A DNA stretch of 64,000 nucleotides from the human T2T-CHM13v2.0 reference genome, Homo sapiens (GCF_009914755.1 NC_060925.1), one strand, 5' to 3'. Positions 20,672-55,143 are shown, counted from the first letter of the stretch. The notes: generated by a model from the letters alone, not told the origin. Translations and numbers: made by a program.

Positions 20672-22765
20672 CCACCAGGCACCTCACTGGCACTGCTGAC
20701 CCATCCCAGAAACACAATCTCAGGGACCCGAGCAGCTCCAAGGACGAGAGGATACAGCAGACACAACCTAATAGAGAGGGCGCCTGCAGCCTTAACCTCC
20801 ACGGCCTTCGATACTTATGCAAGCCTGGTGTTGCTCCTGTCCTCAGAGTCATCCTGCGCTCATGCCTTTTCCCGAATGGGTTCACCTCTGGCAGTTGCCG
20901 CTTCAGTCTTGGCCTTAGCCTCATCTTGAAGTGGGTAGCTGGCGGGAGAGGGTGGCTGCGCCCCCTGCTGGCCCTGAGGCTGCAGAGTTGGGAGCAGGAC
21001 ACCTCACCTGAGTTTCATTTTTTTTCATGTCCAAACCATGCACATACTATAGTCCAGAATCAAAGCACTTTTGAAAAGTGGCTGCATGGCCATCCTCCAG
21101 GGCCCAGGAAGTTGCATTCCAAGGGCCTGTTTACATGGCAGCAGAATCCATCCCCGGCAGTCAGCCCATAGCTTGGGACCAGTCTGTGCCCTCCTGCCCA
21201 GTCCAGTTTACTCCTCTTGGTTCCTGAAGGTGGCCAAGTCATTGTGTTCCCACAGGCTTCTCTAGGCTGGGGGCAGGTGTGGGGCTGTGGAATTCCAAAG
21301 CACAAAAGGTGCAGAGGGGATTGGCCTTCCTGTGCCTCAACTCACCAACCACCCTCCTGCCTTCCAGTTCTGCCAGGTGCTCCATGCTGGGGACAAGTAG
21401 GAGACTGCCAGGGCCCAAAGAAATGGGTGAGCAGTAGAGTCATCTCGGGGCACTTGGCAGTGTCAAGCACCTGCCCCTTGCCTCCTTGACCACACTGGGG
21501 TGGGTGGGCCCCCAGCACTTCAGAGGCAGGAGCCTTTGGGCTGAGCAAGCACTGAGGAGGTGGATGGAAGGGAGCATCTGGAGGGGGGGAGCTTCCTTGA
21601 GCAGTGGGCCCAGGCCTGGCCCTCCACACTTCATTCTCTGACCTTTCTCTCTCCTCATTTCGGTGCATGTCCTTTCTGCAGCTGCCTTTCAGCACAGGTG
21701 GTTCCACTGGGGGCAGCTAACGCTGAGTGACAAGGATGGGAAGCCACAGGTGCATTTTACTCAAGTCTTCTCTAGTCAATGAGGGGCACCCAGTGCTTCT
21801 AGGGCAGGCTGGGTGGTGGTCCCCTAGGTATCAGCCTCTCTTACTGTACTCTCCGGGAATGTTAACCTTTCTATTTTCAGCCTGTGCCACCTGTCTAGGC
21901 AAGCTGGCTTCCCCATTGGCCCCTGTGGGTCCACAGCAGCGTGGCTGCCCCCCAGGGCCACCGCTTCTTTCTTGATCCTCTTTCCTTAACAGTGACTTGG
22001 GCTTGAGTCTGGCAAGGAACCTTGCTTTTAGCTTCACCACCAAGGAGAGAGGTTGACATGACCTCCCCGCCCCCTCACCAAGGCTGGGAACAGAGGGGAT
22101 GTGGTGAGAGCCAGGTTCCTCTGGCCCTCTCCAGGGTGTTTTCCACTAGTCACTACTGTCTTCTCCTTGTAGCTAATCAATCAATATTCTTCCCTTGCCT
22201 GTGGGCAGTGGAGAGTGCTGCTGGGTGTACGCTGCACCTGCCCACTGAGTTGGGGAAAGAGGATAATCAGTGAGCACTGTTCTGCTCAGAGCTCCTGATC
22301 TACCCCACCCCCTAGGATCCAGGACTGGGTCAAAGCTGCATGAAACCAGGCCCTGGCAGCAACCTGGGAATGGCTGGAGGTGGGAGAGAACCTGACTTCT
22401 CTTTCCCTCTCCCTCCTCCAACATTACTGGAACTCTATCCTGTTAGGATCTTCTGAGCTTGTTTCCCTGCTGGGTGGGACAGAGGACAAAGGAGAAGGGA
22501 GGGTCTAGAAGAGGCAGCCCTTCTTTGTCCTCTGGGGTAAATGAGCTTGACCTAGAGTAAATGGAGAGACCAAAAGCCTCTGATTTTTAATTTCCATAAA
22601 ATGTTAGAAGTATATATATACATATATATATTTCTTTAAATTTTTGAGTCTTTGATATGTCTAAAAATCCATTCCCTCTGCCCTGAAGCCTGAGTGAGAC
22701 ACATGAAGAAAACTGTGTTTCATTTAAAGATGTTAATTAAATGATTGAAACTTGGCTGTGGCTAC
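20672..22765 (+). other. NHSL3: NHSL3 3' UTR (~2.1 kb)
   Basis: Alu-free unique sequence after the stop, ending in an AT-rich block with ATTAAA. The end position is inferred. Confidence 0.7.
22736..22741 (+). terminator. Polyadenylation signal ATTAAA (NHSL3)
   Basis: ATTAAA preceded by U/UA-rich upstream elements and followed by GU-rich sequence (ggctgtggct..., tgtggggg). Confidence 0.6.
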
Positions 22766-23019
22766 TGCTTCTTAATGTGGGGGGGACAGGGCAGTGGTCT
22801 GGGCCCACATTTAGAAGGGAAAATGTTTTGCCTGCTGCACACATTGGACCCAAGTATGGGCCTCTTCTGCCTAGTACTGCCAAAGGGACTGTTAAGGTGT
22901 CTTGTCCATCTTCTACCCCCCACCCCCCATTACAGGGTAAAGGAACCCCAGACTAGGTGAGGGGCCAGCAGCTGCCTCACACTTGTGTTCTCTCCTGAGA
23001 TGGTCCAGCTCACATCCAG

Positions 23020-26842
<3,823 letters not shown>

Positions 26843-27165
26843 TGACCCTATGTGGCCTTGTCAGGTATCCTGCCAGGTAAAATGGGGATAATCTCCTATT
26901 ACAGACTGAAGATCAAATGAAGAAATGTCTGAAGTCCCTGACACAGGGCCTCAAATGATCTGTCGGAGATGTAATGCAAGGTCCTAAGACCCCCATGCTC
27001 CTTAGGCACCTTGAATTCAAAAAGGTCTGGAAAGAAGGAGGGAGAGAGGGGCTCAAATGCAGGAAGTCCCAACAGAGAGGGGCAGCTATGGCTTCAGTAA
27101 CAGGACAGTCTGGGGACACAGTCCAGGCAGCCCAGCCAAGAAAGGGAACAATTACAGCTTTTTAC

Positions 27166-27307
27166 CTGCAACTTCTCGAAGACTTTCTTCTTGGGCTTGA
27201 GCTCCTCATCTGGTTGGCCCTTTTCATAGCCCTTCACAAACACGTGCTCACCAGGAGCAGAGCCTGCCGGAGGGTCCAGAGGTTCAACCTGGCGGTTTAT
27301 CCCTTCT
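27166..27307 (-). CDS. YARS1: YARS1 exon 12 ([47 protein letters not shown])
   Basis: Manual translation; cccag| acceptor and CAG|GTAAAA donor; 142 nt. Confidence 0.95.
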
Positions 27308-27867
27308 CTGGGAAGACACAGGACAAGAGAAGAGTGAGGCTATGGATGGGTTCCAGTGACTGTGGAGGCCAAAGCAATCCGGGCCTTTACACAGGGGCCC
27401 TGATGGGATTTAGGGCATCCTCAGTACCAGAGCCCCAGGAGGTCCTCTTATCTTGCTACATCCCTGCATATCACCAGGGTTACATTAACCCAGGCTATAC
27501 CAAAATTGTGTGTCAAGATACCAAAATCTGTGTTTCTAGGGGAGGAAGTATAAAATAACGTAGCGAGGACTTTATAGACATCAAAACTGGGATTTGAATC
27601 CCTGCTCCACTCCTTACTAGTAGTAAGACTTGGGTATGTACTGGTTTGAGCCCTCCATTTCTATTTTAACAAAATTAACTGTAGGTAAAATGCTTCATTA
27701 ACAGTACTTGTACGATAAGTCCTTCATGCATCAACTTTTGGCATCAGCAAGGAAGAGGCACGTGTTCTCAGAGCTTCCACCTGGTGTGTGGAAGGACATC
27801 ATATGGGCTGATTCCCTACTCTTCCTGGCCTCCCCAGGTCCTGTGCCCCACTCCAAGTCCTCACTCA

Positions 27868-28155
<288 letters not shown>

Positions 28156-28741
28156 TTACAGAGGCCCCTGGAAAGACCCCCTAGAGCTAACTTTCTTTCC
28201 ACGTCCCAGACAGCAGACAGGAGAATGGGCTCTGATGGTATACTCTGCTCTCAACTGAGGCCAGATTTGAGTAAAGTGGACCTAGATGCTTGTGTTAAGA
28301 GGTGGAAGGATCTCTAAGCCATCTGATGCAGGAGCACCAGCATTGATCTCAGGGTGGTTTTGGTGGTTGGGGTACACAGTGAGAAGCAAATCCATGTCGA
28401 AGGGAAAAAAAGCCCAGAACAATGGTCCCAGGCCACTGGGTGCATAACCTTCTGTCTCTGGGAAAAAGGAAGTCTTCCCTCCACCACTTTCTGAAGGGGG
28501 CAAAGTGGCCCATCCAAGATAAGGCCTGTAGCTAGTCCAGGCAAGCCGATAGGGATCAGGTGAGTCTATCAGACCAGATTTAACAGATAAACAAGTTCCC
28601 TCTGACTAACATCCGTCCCCCATGCTGAGTTCCTGGCTGTGTTTGGTTGCATAATATCCACAGGCAACAATCGCAACAGAAAGCCTGATGCCTGGAATTA
28701 GACACCTGCACTCTGACTTGCAATATGACCTCAGGATGTTA

Positions 28742-29023
<282 letters not shown>

Positions 29024-29220
29024 TTAGTGTAGAATCCCCAGAGTCTAAACACTGAGTTGTAACTTCTTTAATACTGGGTTGGCAACCTTTCAGACATGAC
29101 ATACCTGATTTTCATCTGTTCTCTCCCTCAATTATTAGACTAGCGGGGAGGGAGCAGTAGTAGCTTTGCCTCCTTTAGGTATTTCCATTCATGCATTCCA
29201 CATAGAATTTACTGAGTCTT

Positions 29221-29888
29221 GGCCAGGTGTGGTAGCTCACACCTGTAATTCTAGCACTTTGGGAGGCTGAGACGGGAGGATTGCTTAAGCCCAGGACTTC
29301 AAGACCAGGCTGGGCAACAGAGCCAGACTCTGTCTCTTTTAGAAAAAAAAAAAAAAAATTTTACTGAGTTACTGAGTTTTTTTCTGGAAGGGTCGCACAA
29401 AGCTATCAATGCCAATATCTTAGCATTACGCACAAGTGGATGGCCAACTAAGAGCCAGGCCCATGCACATAGAAGGAAACTGGGAGAATCTAAAGATAAG
29501 CTTCTCTAAGCTCTGCAGGCTCTGCCCAACAGCTGTGTAAGAAACTATCGATACCCTATATACCGGTTGGGTATAATAGGTCTAATCTAATTTCTATCAT
29601 TTTTCTTTTTTTGAGACATAGAGTCTCACTCTGTTGCCCAGGCTGGAGTGCAGTGGTGCGATCATGGCTCACTGCAGTCTCAACTTCCCCATGCTCAGGT
29701 GATCCTCTCACCTCAGCCTCCCAAGTAGCTGGGACTACAGGCATGTGCTACTATGCCTGGCTAATTTTTTTTTTTTTTTTTTTTGGGTAGAGACTGGGTT
29801 TTGGTCTCTAACTTTTGGGCTCAAGTGATCCGCCTGCCTCAGCCTTCCAAAGTGTTAAGATTACAGGTGTGAGCCACTGTGTCTGGCC
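29221..29888. mobile_element. Alu monomer (+) and AluJ (-) in YARS1 intron 9
   Basis: Alu consensus blocks at ~29221-29357 and ~29600-29888. Confidence 0.85.
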
Positions 29889-30107
29889 CCGGTCACTATC
29901 TTTAATGAAGAGGCAGATTTAACAAACAGACTAGAAGGACCAAAGTATACATCTTACACCAGCAGCTCTCAGCAATGCCGGTACAAAAGGATGTGATCAC
30001 TTCCTGATGTTAACCAAACCCAAATCAAAATGACTCAAGTTCCATTCTAGGAGCCAGTAGGACATGACATTCCTGCACTTCAGACCCCCTGGGTTGTTGT
30101 GCCCTCA

Positions 30108-30398
<291 letters not shown>

Positions 30399-30802
30399 TC
30401 AAGGGAGTTTTTCCCAACAGTCTTATTTGATCCTTGTGATAATCTTGTGAGGCAGGTAGGAGAAGGGAAAATACATTCAGAAAGACTAACGTGTCCAAAA
30501 TCCAAGTCTTTTGATTCTGAAATCTATACTAACTTGAGGGTGTTTAGGAGCTGAATGTATTTGTTAGTCTAATTCTTCTAGTCCCTCCATTTATGCTTAG
30601 AGTAGGGTCACAGACCAACTGGTATTTACAAGCAGAGAAACATTCACATAGGTAACCCAAGGCCTAAAGATAACCTGAGGGAGACAGCTGAGTAAGAAGA
30701 AAGAGGAAGGGCTTTGGAGTTCGACAGACCCAGATTAGATTCCCAGCTAGCTGTGTGCGACTCCAAACTAGGCACATAACCCCTCTAAGCTTTGGCTGCT
30801 GC

Positions 30803-33667
<2,865 letters not shown>

Positions 33668-33691
33668 CATTTTCTTTTTTCTTTTTTTTTT

Positions 33692-33812
33692 AGTATCTCA
33701 TGTAATTTATTGAATACAGAAAGTGAAAAACAGAATGGTTGTATGGGTACTTGAAGAAGTATGGTTTCTACTGAATGAGTACTGCTTTTGTACATCCTAA
33801 AGGGACCACTCG
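33692..33812. mobile_element. Tigger4/MER46-like DNA transposon fragment
   Basis: TATCTCATGTAATTTATTGAATAC...GAAAGTGAAAAACAGAATGGTTGTATGGGTAC. Confidence 0.55.
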
Positions 33813-34144
33813 TGTGTATAAGATTACAGACATTTACTGATAAGAAATGTTTCCTGAGAAGAGGTGAGACAGAGTCCCTGCCAGGTAAGGAAAGGGCCCC
33901 GAGGGATAGAAATCCATCTGCATTAACAAAATTCCTAAGTCAGAAAAGCTAACTGACAAGAAACTTTAACCAAAACTGCAATTTTGAAGGAAAATGGACA
34001 CTAGTGAGATTACCAAAAGTAGAGCAAAAATAGCAGGCAGCTCACTTTTACACAGAACAAGTTGTTCTAAACAAGTTCTAACAGTCAGCAAAAAATAACA
34101 AAATACAGATCTTCATGAAAGGATTCCTTTTCCTTTCATGTTAC

Positions 34145-34230
34145 CTCAGCAGCAAAGTCCTTTTCCAGGTCCACGTAAGCTGTGTAGGTTTTGTTTCCAC
34201 CCCATTTCTCATCTCGTAGGATCACAAACT
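34145..34230 (-). CDS. YARS1: YARS1 exon 8 ([29 protein letters not shown])
   Basis: Manual translation; ttatag| acceptor and GAG|GTAACA donor; 86 nt. Confidence 0.94.
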
Positions 34231-34271
34231 CTATAAGGAAAAGGATCCATGTCAACAAACTCATTGACAGC

Positions 34272-34317
34272 ATTCCTAGCTCACATGCATGACTATTCCT
34301 AGCCCACATGCATGACT
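34272..34317. repeat. 23-bp tandem duplication ATTCCTAGC(T/C)CACATGCATGACT x2
   Basis: Two copies with one mismatch, read directly. Confidence 0.9.
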
Positions 34318-34666
34318 ATTTGTAGTTTTTGCCATATATTCTGAACTTTATTGTATGGTATTATTCTTAAATTGGATGAGTGGCACTATTGTATACCCAG
34401 CTAGCATCTCAGCTGCTTCAGGGGAAGGCTTGTGGCTTATATCTATTTTGTTGTATTCCTCTAGTTCAACATGTCTGCCCCCACCCTTACTTCTAACACC
34501 TCTGCCCACTCCAGTATTCCCTCAGAACCTAGCCTGGTAACGAATATATGGACAATTAAATTACATCCCAACATCATTCATACTTTAATATATAAGAAAT
34601 CAGAGCAGAGAATCAGGGCAGCCAGTCCCTGAAGGAAGAGTCTGTGACAAATCACAAGTATGATCA

Positions 34667-34858
<192 letters not shown>

Positions 34859-34919
34859 CTAGAAGTCATAGAACGGAAGAGGACCTCTTGTGGTTGAAAA
34901 TGAGAATATGCTCAACTAA

Positions 34920-38382
<3,463 letters not shown>

Positions 38383-38890
38383 TTATCAGAATCTCTATGG
38401 ACAAGGTCTAATCAACACTTTTTTTTTTTTTTTTAAATTCCCTAGATGATTCTGAAGGTAAGCCATGTTTGGGAACCCAGAACTCAACCTTTCACATCTT
38501 TGGATTTCCACGTTCTAATGATCAGAACCAAAGTGAACTTTCCCTCAAGTACACGAGCTCAAGAGGGACTCTTAAATATTAAAAGATATCATAATATTAG
38601 TGATATCAAGTATTACCCTAGGAATCAAAATGCTAATTAGTGAAATGCAACCATAGTGCTCTCATTAATAAGGCTGAATTTCATCACAGTCGTATGAACA
38701 AAGACATTACTTTTGCTTTTATTTTTTTATCAGCAGCAAAAACCATTAAGTTATGATTAGATCTCATCAGGACTGCTCTGGATCCTTTGATACTCAAGAA
38801 CCACTAAACTAATTGAATGGTGTAAGGCTCCTTCTAACTCAAATATTGGAGAATTCTAGTTAGCCAGGTCACTGTTCTTTTCAGTCCTCA

Positions 38891-39070
<180 letters not shown>

Positions 39071-39160
39071 TTAGTCTAAGTTCCTCCTCAGTGCCCTGAT
39101 CTCATCTGACTTGGCCAGCAACTGAGTAGTTGTTATATTGCTTCCAATCTTTTTATACTA

Positions 39161-45190
<6,030 letters not shown>

Positions 45191-45410
45191 AGATGCTGGG
45201 AAATGCGAACCAAATGCTCTGTGAAAGGACAGTAGTTCCAACTGGTAATGCCTCTCCTTGGAAACTGGGCTATTAGGAAAGGAGTAAATCCAACAGGTGC
45301 GGGAGCAGCTTCCTGGTTGTCACCAGGCACATGGGCTCTGGAGTTTGAAAGATCTGGGTACTAATAATTCCTGCTCAGTTACTAACTGTGTGATATTGGA
45401 CAACTTCTTA

Positions 45411-48667
<3,257 letters not shown>

Positions 48668-49640
48668 GGTTTGTATTTTTCTACCCTTCTCCTTGCTCGT
48701 ACAAATATATGTGCACACAAAGGAAACAGAAGGATGTTTCTGTTAAAACATGTATTTGTTTTAACAGAAAATAGGATCATGCTCAAATTTATTTTCACAT
48801 ATCGCTCTGAAGTTTATTTCCTTTATTAAGATTATGATAAAAAGGATTATGATTAATATAAAGATGTATGAGATGAACAATGTCTTAAAGGACAGACAGG
48901 TAGAGAAGGAATTATAATGGAAGAAGTAAAAGAGCTTCCCAGGAAGCGGGGAAGGAAGACGAGAGACACACAGGAAGGCCTATAGGTTGGAGAAGGAATA
49001 GAAAATGCATATATTTAACTGGTGCCAGGAGAGAGGTTTGTGTACAGTACAGGCATACCTCAGCGATACTGTGGGTTCAGTTCCAGACAACCACAATAAA
49101 GTGACTCACTTGGATTTTTTTGTTTCTCGGTGCATATAAAAGTTGTGGTTACACTATACCGTAGTCTATTTAAAGTGTGTAATAGCGTTACATCTACAAA
49201 AACAACGTACATACTTTAATTTGGTTAAGGTATGGCTAAAAATGCTAACGATCATCTGAGCCTTCAGCAAGTCATAATCTTCTTGCTGGTGGAGGGTCTT
49301 GCCTCCATGTCTGATGGCTGCTGACTGATCAGGGTGGTGGTTGCTGAAGGCTGCAGTGGCTGTGGCAATTCCCTAAAATAAGACAACAATGAAGTTTGCC
49401 ACATCAATTGACTCTCCCTTTCACGAAAGATTTATCTGGTGCAGGTGATGCTGTTTGATAGCATTCTGTCCACAGCAGAACTTCTTTCAATATTGGAGTC
49501 CATCCTCTCAGACCCTGCTGCTGCTTTATCAACGAAGTTTATGTAATATTCAAAATCTTTTGTTGCCATTTCAACAACGTTCACAGAATCCTCACCAGTA
49601 GTTTCCATTTCAAGAAACCACTTTCTTTGCTCATCCATAA

Positions 49641-50041
<401 letters not shown>

Positions 50042-50611
50042 TGTTCTCTTGTTATTTCTACCCCATCTACAGTGACTTCCCTCACTGAAGTCTTGAACCC
50101 CTCAAAGTCACCCATGACAGTTACCATCCACTTCTTCCAAACTTCTGTTAATATGGATATTTTTACTTCCTCCCATGAATCACGAATATTCTTAATAACA
50201 CCGAGAATGCTGGATCCTTTTCAGAGGTTTTCAGTTTACTTTGCCCAGATCCATCGGAGGAGTCACTATCTATGGCAGCTATAGCCTTTTGAAATATATT
50301 TCTTAAATAGTAGGACTTGAAAGTTGAAATCACTCCTTGATCCACGGGCTATAGAATGGATGTTGTGTTAGCAGGCATGAAAATAACATTCAACTCCTGA
50401 ACATCTCAAGCTCTACAGAAGCTCTCCATCAGAGCTCTTAGGTGATCAGGTGCACTGTCAATGAGCAGTAATGTTTTGAAAAGAATCTTTCTTTTTGAGG
50501 AGTAGGTCTCAAAAGTGGGCTTAAAATGCTCAGTAAATCATACTGTTAACAGACGTGCTACTATCCAGGCTTTGTTGTTCCATTTATAGAGCTCAGGCAG
50601 AGTAGACTTAG

Positions 50612-51230
<619 letters not shown>

Positions 51231-51533
51231 TAGCATAATTCTTAAAGGCACTAGGATTTTTGGAATGTAAATGAGCATTGGCTTCAACTTCAAGTCACCA
51301 GCTGCATTAGCTCCTAACAAGAGAGTCAGCCTGTCCTTTGAAGATTTGAAGCCAGGAATCAACTTCTCTCTAGCTACGAAAGTCCGAGATGGCATCTTCT
51401 TCCGAAAAAAGGCTATTTCATCTACCTTGAAAATCCATTGTTGAGTGTAGCCACCTTCATCAATGATCTTAGCTAGATCTTCTGGGTAACTTGCTGCAAC
51501 TTCTACATCAGGGCTTGCTGCTTCACCTTGCAC

Positions 51534-53079
51534 TTTTTTTTTTTAATAGTATTTATTGATCATTCTTGGGTGTTTCTCGGAGAGGGGGATTTGGCAGGGT
51601 CATAGGACAATAGTGGAGGGAAGGTCAGCAGATAAACATGTGAACAAGGGTCTCTGGTTTTCCTAGGCAGAGGACCCTGCGGCCTTCCGCAGTGTTTGTG
51701 TCCCTGGGTACTTGAGATTAGGGAGTGGTGATGACTCTTAACGAGCATGCTGCCTTCAAGCATCTGTTTAACAAAGCACATCTTGCACCGCCCTTTATCC
51801 ATTTAACCCTGAGTGGACACAGCACATGTTTCAGAGAGCACGGGGTTGGGGGTAAGGTTATAGATTAACAGCATCCCAAGGCAGAAGAATTTTTCTTAGT
51901 ACAGAACAAAATGGAGTCTCCCATGTCTACCTCTTTCCACACAGACACAGTAACAATCTGATCTCTCTTTCTTTTCCCCACATTTCCCCCTTTTCTATTC
52001 GACAAAACCGCCATCGTCATCATGGCCCGTTCTCAACGAGCTGTTGGGTACTCCTCCCAGACGGGGTGGCCGCCGGGCAGAGGGGCTCCTCACTTCCCAG
52101 ACGGGGCGGCCGGTCAGAGGCACCCCCAACCTCCCTCCCGGACGGGGTGGCTGGCCGGGCGGGGGCTGCCCCCCACCTCCCTCCTGGACAGGGCGGCTGG
52201 CCGGGCGGGGGCTGCCCCCCACCTCCCGGACGGGGCGGCTGCCGGGCGGAGACGCTCCTCACTTCCCAGACGGGGCGGCTGCCAGGCGGAGGGGCTCCTC
52301 ACTTCTCAGACGGGGCGGCTGGGCAAAGACGCTCCTCACCTCCCAGACGGGGTGGCGGTCGGGCAGAGACACTCCTCAGTTCCCAGACCGGGTCGCGGCC
52401 GGACAGAGGCGCTCCTCACATCCCAGACGGGGCGGCGGGGCAGAGGTGCTCCCCACATCTGAGACGATGGGCAGCCGGGCAGAGACGCTCCTCACTTCCC
52501 AGACGTGATGGCGGCCGGGAAGATGCGCTCCTCACTTCCAAGACTGGGCGGCCGGGCAGAGGGGCTCCTCACATCCCAGACGATGGGCGGCCAGGCAGAG
52601 ACGCTCCTCACTTCCCAGATGGGGTGGCGGCCAGGCAGAGGCTGCAATCTCGGCACTTTGGGAGGCCAAGGCAGGCGGCTGGGAGGTGGAGGTTGTAGCG
52701 AGCTGAGATCACGCCACTGCACTCCAGCCTGGGCAACATTGAGCACTGAGTGAGCGAGACTCCGTCTGCAATCCCGGCACCTCGGGACGCCGAGGCGGGT
52801 AGATCACTCGCGGTCAGGAGCTGGAGACCAGCCCGGCCAACACAGCGAAACCCCGTCTCCACCAAAAAATACAAATTGCAGGCGTGGCGGCACGCGCCTG
52901 CAATCCCAGGCACTCGGCAGGCTGAGGCAGGAGAATCAGGCAGGGAGGTTGCAGTGAGCCAAGATGGCGGCAGTACAGTCCAGCCTCGGCTCGGCATCAG
53001 AGGGAGACGGTGGAAAGGGGAGAGGGGGAGAGGGGGAGAGGGGGAGAGGGAGAGAGGGAGAGAGGGAGAGAGGGAGAGC
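51534..53079 (-). mobile_element. Full-length SVA retrotransposon (older, A/B-like subfamily)
   Basis: On the - strand: CT-rich hexamer-type head (~53010-53078), antisense Alu-like part (~52640-53000), GC-rich VNTR (~52050-52640), SINE-R, AATAAA (51552-51557) and poly(A). 14-bp TSD CACCTTGCACTTTT at 51524-51537 and 53080-53093. Confidence 0.93.
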
Positions 53080-53458
53080 CACCTTGCACTTTTATGTTAT
53101 GGAGATGGCTTTTTTCCCTTTAAATGTCATGAACCAATCTCTCAGCCTTCATAAAACTGAAGACAGGGCCTTTCTCTAGAGTAGGCTTTAGATTAAGGTA
53201 ACATTGTGGCTGGTTTCATCTTCTATCCAGAGCACTACAATCTTCTCTATATCAGCATAAGTGAAACTTATGTCTGTTTCTATTTTTCAGGTGTTCACTG
53301 GAGTAGCACTTTGAATTTCCTTCAAGAACTTTCCCTATGGATTCACAACCTGGCTATTTGGTGCAAGAGGCCGAGCTTTCCGCCTGCCTCCGCTTTTGAC
53401 ATTCCTTCTTCACTAAGCTTAATCATTTCTAGGTGTAGATTTAAAGTGACAGATGTGC

Positions 53459-53761
53459 GGCCGGGCACGGTAGCTCACGTCTATAATCCCAGCACTGTGG
53501 GAGGCCAAGGTGGGTGGATCATGAGGTCAAGAGTTCAAGACCAGCCTGGCCAAGATGGTGAAACCCCATCTCTACTAAAAATACAAAAAAAATCAGCCGG
53601 GCATGGTGGCAGGCGCCTGTAATCCCAGCTACTCGGGAGGCTGAGGCAGAGAATTGCTTGAACCCGGGAGGCGGAGGTTGCAGTGAGCCGAGATTTCGCC
53701 ACTGCACTCCAGCCTGGGCGACACAGCGAGATTCCGTCTCAAAAATAAATAAATAAATAAA
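53459..53761 (+). mobile_element. AluS inside Tigger1
   Basis: Full Alu with (TAAA)n tail and degenerate TSD AAAGTGA..ATGTG. Confidence 0.85.
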
Positions 53762-54233
53762 GTGAGCTATGTGTGACTCTCCCTTTCAACACTTAGAGGC
53801 CATTGTAGGGTTATTAATTAGCCTAATTTCAATATTGTTGTGTTTTAGGAAATGAGGAGGCCAGGAGAGTGAGGAAATGGCTGGATGGTAGAGTAGTCAG
53901 AACACACACAATACTTATTAAGTTCGTTGTCTTATACGGGCACAGTTTGTGGTGCCCCAAAACAATTACAATATTTAACATCAAAGGTAACAGATCGCAT
54001 ATCACCATGCAGATATGATAATAATGAAAAAGCTTGAAATACTGTGAGAATTACCAAAATGTAGCACAGAGACACGAAGTGAGCACATGCTGTTGGAAAA
54101 ATGGTGCTGGTGGACTTGCTGTACACAGGGTTGCCACACACCTTCAATTTGTAAAAAACACAATATCTGCGTAGTGCAGTAAAGCAAAGTGCAATAAGAT
54201 ATGCCTGTCATCAAACCAGAGCAGAAAAGGTCA

Positions 54234-54437
<204 letters not shown>

Positions 54438-54487
54438 TCAGTTTCCTAGGAAATCTAAAGCACATTAATTTACTTCCCTAACCTTAG

Positions 54488-55143
54488 TGTAACCAGGGAT
54501 CTCGGTTTTAAAAATATATTTTAATCACCAACTTTCTTCTTCTTTCCCTCCCTTCTGGCAATGCATGCTTATTTAATTATGTTCTTGCTTAAGAAATTTC
54601 AGAGAGGAGGGTGAGGATTCAAAAACTACCTATTGGGTATTGTGCTGATTACCTGGGTGACAAAATTGTCTGTACACCAAACTCCTGTGACATGTAACAA
54701 ACCTGCACATGCACCCCTTGAATCTAAAATAAAAGTTGGAAAAAAAGAAATCACAGAAGCTAATCTTGAAACAAACTAGGCATGGAGCCCAGACTGCAGA
54801 ATCCTCCTGCTCAGAGGGAGTCTGGAACGATTAGTCCATCACCATCAGTCTGAAGTCAAGATAACACCAACCATACCTCCTGACAGGCAATTATGCAAGA
54901 CAGCCATCAGAACAAAGACAGACAGACCCTGCATTCTCACCACTCCTGCATGTCTCCCACACCAAGTCTCCCTTTAAAAACACTATGGTAACATTTAGAA
55001 TTTAAGATAGTACTTTAGAACACTAGTTCACCATCTTCTCGGTTTGTTGGCTTTCTGATCAAACCTGCTTTTCCTCCTACCAACCCATATCTCTTGTGTC
55101 GGGCTTTCAAGTGGCCGGGCAGCCAAACCTGGGTCCAGTTACA
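54488..55143 (+). mobile_element. Solo ERV LTR (ERV1, MER31/MER34-like; subfamily uncertain)
   Basis: TGTAAC...GTTACA termini with perfect 4-bp TSD TTAG (54484-54487 and 55144-55147). LTR-like U5 end. Confidence 0.7.
54601..54747 (+). mobile_element. 5'-truncated L1 (old L1PA/L1PB-type) 3' end inserted in the LTR
   Basis: AAAAACTACCTATTGGGTA...AACAAACCTGCACATG...AATAAAAGTT plus A-tail, characteristic of the L1P 3' UTR. Confidence 0.75.

Noticed and set aside
26974-27558. 194-aa + strand ORF antisense to YARS1 exon 12
   Set aside because: No recognisable domain, promoter or splice support. It is partly the antisense shadow of a coding exon.
51995-53179. Repetitive Gly/Arg/Pro-rich ORFs and a ~40-bp repeat array resembling a CRISPR or novel repeat protein
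   Set aside because: This is the SVA VNTR and Alu-like region. There are no unique spacers and no cas genes.
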